Positions 60,726 through 64,000 of a stretch of DNA of 64,000 bases are shown here, piece after piece (position 1 is the stretch's first letter; each line of letters starts with the position of its first letter). The stretch covers positions 276,368 through 340,367 of the forward strand of contig CP066688.1 in assembly GCA_016432425.1 (NCBI GenBank). The letters are read 5' to 3'. A program made the translations under genes and the position numbers. Below the pieces are notes generated by a model. It had not been told where the DNA came from, made no database searches, and worked only from the letters and a program-made list of their open reading frames with translations. This DNA comes from Candidatus Daviesbacteria bacterium. GTDB taxonomy: Bacteria > Patescibacteriota > Microgenomatia > Daviesbacterales > UBA10151.

Positions 60726-61136
60726 ATGCTAATTTTCTTTAAAATTATACCTGCTTTAATTTCCTGGGGAGTTTTTAGTTTCATCATTTTCCAGGTGCCA
60801 TATCCAGAAAGTTTAACCTCAGCTAACTTTACCCAACTGACTTTATTTTTCTTGTCCTTATTTTTAAGCTTAACTTTTACTTTAAATATTTTCTTAAAGT
60901 ATGTAACTCTATCTATTATTTTAGCTATTAGCTTAATTATGGTTTTATTGCTTCAAGCCCTACATATTTTAAATTTAGTCACTGCCAGTTTGGTCATCAT
61001 TGCTACTGTTCTCTTAGTCAGCCACTTCCAAAGAAAAAAATCCAAAAATGGACTACCCAAAGTGACCAAATCCCTCAGATTGAATTCAAAACCAGAAGAA
61101 GGTACACTATCAAAACTGAAAAAGGTGAATCTATGA
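60726..61136 (+). CDS. Hypothetical polytopic membrane protein
   Basis: 136 aa with 4 predicted TM helices and a basic C-terminus. Confidence 0.4.
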   Translation: MLIFFKIIPALISWGVFSFIIFQVPYPESLTSANFTQLTLFFLSLFLSLTFTLNIFLKYVTLSIILAISLIMVLLLQALHILNLVTASLVIIATVLLVSHFQRKKSKNGLPKVTKSLRLNSKPEEGTLSKLKKVNL

Positions 61137-62560
61137 CTAACCAAAAGAAATTTTATATTACAGCAGCTATACCTTATGTTAATGCCAAACCTCATATTGG
61201 TCATGCCCTAGAATTTGTCCAAACAGATACAATGGCTCGTTACCATAAATTACTGGGAGAAGATGTTTTAACGCTTTCAGGGGGAGATGAAAATGCCCTA
61301 AAAAATGTCCAGGCAGCAGAAGTGGCTGGAGAAGATACTCAAAGTTTTATCGACCGGCATACTCAACTTTTTTTAAGTTTATCGGAAAAATTAAATGTCC
61401 AATTTGATATTTTCCAAAAAGGAAGCGATAAAGAACACCATTACCCATCTGCTCAGAAATTTTGGAAATTATGTGAAGAAGCGGGTGATATTTATAAAAA
61501 ATCTTACAGCGGCCTTTACTGCGTCGGCTGTGAACAATTCTATTCTCCTGACGAGCTAAATGAAAATGGCGAATGTTTTGAACATCCCGGGAAAAAATTG
61601 GATGAGGTAGAAGAAGAGAATTACTTTTTCAAACTCTCCAAATATCAAGATCAATTAATTAAATTAATAGAATCAGAAGAATATCAAATTGTGCCTAACT
61701 TTAGAAAAAACGAGGTGTTGTCATTTTTAAAATCTGGCCTGCAAGATATTAGCATTTCCAGAAGTAATAAAAGAGCCAAAAATTGGGGAGTACCGGTTCC
61801 GGGAGATGATACTCAAAGAATTTATGTTTGGTTCGACGCTCTAAATATTTACCAATCCGGAGTGGGATTCGGTTGGGATGAAGCAAGTTACCAAAAGTGG
61901 TGGCCGGCAGATTTACATGTTATTGGGAAAGGTATTATCAGATTTCACGCTGTTTATTGGCCAGCTTTCTTGTTGTCAGCAGGACTATCATTACCCAAAA
62001 AATTATTTGTTCATGAATATTTCACTGTTAATGGGCAAAAGATGTCCAAAACTTTAGGCAATGTTTATGATCCTATCCCCCTAGTAGAAAAATACGGCGC
62101 TGATTCGCTGCGGTATTATTGTTTAGCTAAAATTTCACCTTTCCAGGATGGAGATTTTTCCGAGGATAAATTCTTTGAGGCTTATAATGCTGATCTGGCA
62201 AATGGTTTAGGAAATTTAGTGGCCCGGGTGGCTAAACTTTGTGAGCAAAATAATATTACAGCCACTGCCCCCTCCAATGTTTGGTGTGCTGATTTGGCAA
62301 AATATATGGGAGAATTTAAATTTAATGAGGCTATCAATGTAATTTGGCAGTTAATCGCTGAGGCAGATAAAAAAATAAATGAGGAAAAACCTTGGGAGTT
62401 ATCTGGAGATAAACTGACTATAGTATTGCCGGATTTAGTCAAAAGAATCCAGGCCATAGGTTTTAACCTCCAGCCATTTTTACCCCAAACCGCCGACAAA
62501 ATCTTAAAACAGTTTTCCAGCAGTATCAAATCTGCTCCAGCTCTTTTTCCTAGGATTTAA
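61133..62560 (+). CDS. metG: Methionine--tRNA ligase (short form)
   Basis: AIPYVNAKPHIGHA (HIGH), KMSKTLGNV (KMSKS), CxxC...C.H knuckle. Confidence 0.9.
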   Translation: MTNQKKFYITAAIPYVNAKPHIGHALEFVQTDTMARYHKLLGEDVLTLSGGDENALKNVQAAEVAGEDTQSFIDRHTQLFLSLSEKLNVQFDIFQKGSDKEHHYPSAQKFWKLCEEAGDIYKKSYSGLYCVGCEQFYSPDELNENGECFEHPGKKLDEVEEENYFFKLSKYQDQLIKLIESEEYQIVPNFRKNEVLSFLKSGLQDISISRSNKRAKNWGVPVPGDDTQRIYVWFDALNIYQSGVGFGWDEASYQKWWPADLHVIGKGIIRFHAVYWPAFLLSAGLSLPKKLFVHEYFTVNGQKMSKTLGNVYDPIPLVEKYGADSLRYYCLAKISPFQDGDFSEDKFFEAYNADLANGLGNLVARVAKLCEQNNITATAPSNVWCADLAKYMGEFKFNEAINVIWQLIAEADKKINEEKPWELSGDKLTIVLPDLVKRIQAIGFNLQPFLPQTADKILKQFSSSIKSAPALFPRI

Positions 62561-62561
62561 A

Positions 62562-63146
62562 ATGAAAAAATTACTACCACAACCAATCGGACCAGAGAAA
62601 GTTATTTTTAAAGGAAAACTCATTGAAATAGTGGAGCAGAAAATTAAAGCTGGCGATTATGAATATACACTTGAGATGGCCAAGGTTAAGAAAATTCCGG
62701 AAAAAGAACTAAAAAAAGGCGTGGATTACATAGGTGTAACTTGTGTATTTTTCTGCCATGACGGTAAAGGTAATTTACTAATGCATAAAAGAAGCCAAAA
62801 TTGCCGGGACGAAAGAGGTCATTGGGATGTGGGTGGCGGCTCTTTAGAATTTGGTGAAAGTTTTGAAGAAGGTGTAACTCGCGAAATTAAAGAAGAATAT
62901 TGTTGCGATGTTCTAGATCTTAAATTTGTGGATGTTAAAAATGTTTTAAGAGTTAATCATAACAATAAAAAAACTCATTGGATTGCCCTATTGTTTGCTG
63001 CCCATATTGATCCCTCCCAAGTTAAAATAGGTGAACCGGAAGCAATAGAAGAGTTAGGTTGGTTTACAGAAAAAAATTGGCCTGAGCCTATCCATTCCTA
63101 TTTCCATAGTTGCTACGAAATTGTCAAAACCCACTTAATACCATGA
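62562..63146 (+). CDS. NUDIX hydrolase
   Basis: GGGSLEFGESFEEGVTREIKEEYC Nudix box. Confidence 0.7.
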   Translation: MKKLLPQPIGPEKVIFKGKLIEIVEQKIKAGDYEYTLEMAKVKKIPEKELKKGVDYIGVTCVFFCHDGKGNLLMHKRSQNCRDERGHWDVGGGSLEFGESFEEGVTREIKEEYCCDVLDLKFVDVKNVLRVNHNNKKTHWIALLFAAHIDPSQVKIGEPEAIEELGWFTEKNWPEPIHSYFHSCYEIVKTHLIP

Positions 63147-64000
63147 TCATTGACACCCATGCACATTTGTATTGGGAGGCTTTCCAAAAAGATTTTGATG
63201 AGGTAATTGAACGAGCGCTCACAGCGGGAGTTGAAGCAATTATTAATATCGGAGTAGATCCGGAAACTTCTCAAAAAGCAGCGCAATTGGAAAACTCTCA
63301 AATCAAATTTTACTCCAGCATCGGCATTCATCCCCACGAAGCTCTTAAGTATATCCAAAATGGACAAACATTACACGGCCGTGATACTTTTGTCCAAAAG
63401 GATATAGATAATTTAGAACAAATTTATAACAGTAATCCTAAAAAGGTTGCAGCTGTGGGGGAATGTGGTTTGGATTTTTTATTTGACCACCCTGCCTTAT
63501 TGGAGACTCCCTCCAAAAAAGTCATCTCTACCACACAAGCCAAGGCTTTACAAATACAGCTTTTTCAGGCTCAAATTGATTTGGCTAAAAAACTAAGTCT
63601 CCCACTGATAGTCCACTGCCGCGATGACCGTTCTCAAAATCCTGCCAATAGTGAGGTTTGGGATAAAACCATTGATATGACTAAAAATCACCAAGGTATT
63701 TATCATTGCTATTCAGGTCTTAAGAGAACAACGAAACGCATTATTAAGGAAACGAGATTTTTAGTTTCTTTCGCTGCCACTTTAACCTATCCCCGAAATG
63801 ATTATTTAATTGAAGCAGTCAAAATGTTACCACTAGAGCGAATTGTCCTGGAAACTGACTGCCCTTTTTTACCTCCCCAGAGTAAACGCGGTACTCGCAA
63901 CGAACCGGCTGCGGTTTTAGAAATTGGGCAAAAAATTGCCGAAATTAAAAGAATTTCCCTGACAGAAGTCGCTGAACAAACTACACGAAATGTTTTGAAA
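63143..64000 (+). CDS. tatD: TatD-family metal-dependent hydrolase/DNase, 3' end cut by the window edge
   Basis: MIIDTHAHL...GIHPHEA...GECGLDF. ATGA overlap with the upstream stop. Open to position 64000. Confidence 0.8.
   Translation, partial: MIIDTHAHLYWEAFQKDFDEVIERALTAGVEAIINIGVDPETSQKAAQLENSQIKFYSSIGIHPHEALKYIQNGQTLHGRDTFVQKDIDNLEQIYNSNPKKVAAVGECGLDFLFDHPALLETPSKKVISTTQAKALQIQLFQAQIDLAKKLSLPLIVHCRDDRSQNPANSEVWDKTIDMTKNHQGIYHCYSGLKRTTKRIIKETRFLVSFAATLTYPRNDYLIEAVKMLPLERIVLETDCPFLPPQSKRGTRNEPAAVLEIGQKIAEIKRISLTEVAEQTTRNVLK

Noticed and set aside
1-64000. Possible alternative genetic code (TGA recoding, as in some CPR lineages)
   Set aside because: TGA terminates well-delimited genes (e.g. 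the 59-aa ORF at 53887 and the ATGA overlap at 63143), and long conserved genes contain no in-frame TGA. Standard code 11 fits.
1-64000. CRISPR arrays, rRNA or tmRNA
   Set aside because: No regularly spaced direct repeats and no rRNA-like conserved stretches were seen in any intergenic region.

Overview
This 64-kb window is gene-dense (about 40% GC, standard genetic code: TGA is used as a stop, e.g. at 53887 and in the ATGA overlap at 63143) and dominated by minus-strand housekeeping operons. The gene content and organisation resemble a reduced-genome, Patescibacteria/CPR-like bacterium; that assignment is inference, not something the sequence proves.

Main gene blocks:
- fusA (3' end cut by the window edge), then an unusual contiguous rpoB-rpoC-rpsL-rpsG block with 1-nt stop/start overlaps.
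- nusA-infB-(DHH-like)-rpsO-pnp-(Lon AAA+)-rnj-ftsK.
- hrcA-grpE-orf92-dnaK-[HepT/MntA toxin-antitoxin]-dnaJ(cbpA-like).
- lepA, murJ, uvrD/pcrA, trx, tpiA, sbcCD, metG, alaS, two NUDIX genes, and a partial tatD at the right edge.
- Envelope/adhesion genes: sortase, a large PilM-like fusion protein, pilN-pilO with an Fn3/dockerin protein, LCP, FemAB, MltG, and a G5/3D protein.

Accessory or unusual items:
- A 708-bp IS200/RAYT-type element (HuH Y1 transposase) flanked by identical 27-bp hairpin repeats, inside a low-GC patch.
- A 74-aa ORF between rpsG and fusA that corresponds to only the N-terminal coiled-coil finger of GreA.
- A short dispersed repeat (CCTTCGAC-N2-3-GCTCAGGAC) present in intergenic regions and, in reverse orientation, inserted in-frame in dnaK, grpE and dnaJ.
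- A 74-bp nested palindrome (MITE-like) that supplies the C-terminal ~30 aa of GrpE.
- A Lon homologue reduced to its AAA+ module.
- A DHH-family protein whose catalytic His residues are replaced.
- A PNPase with an RGG-rich tail.

No CRISPR arrays, rRNA or convincing tRNA genes were seen.
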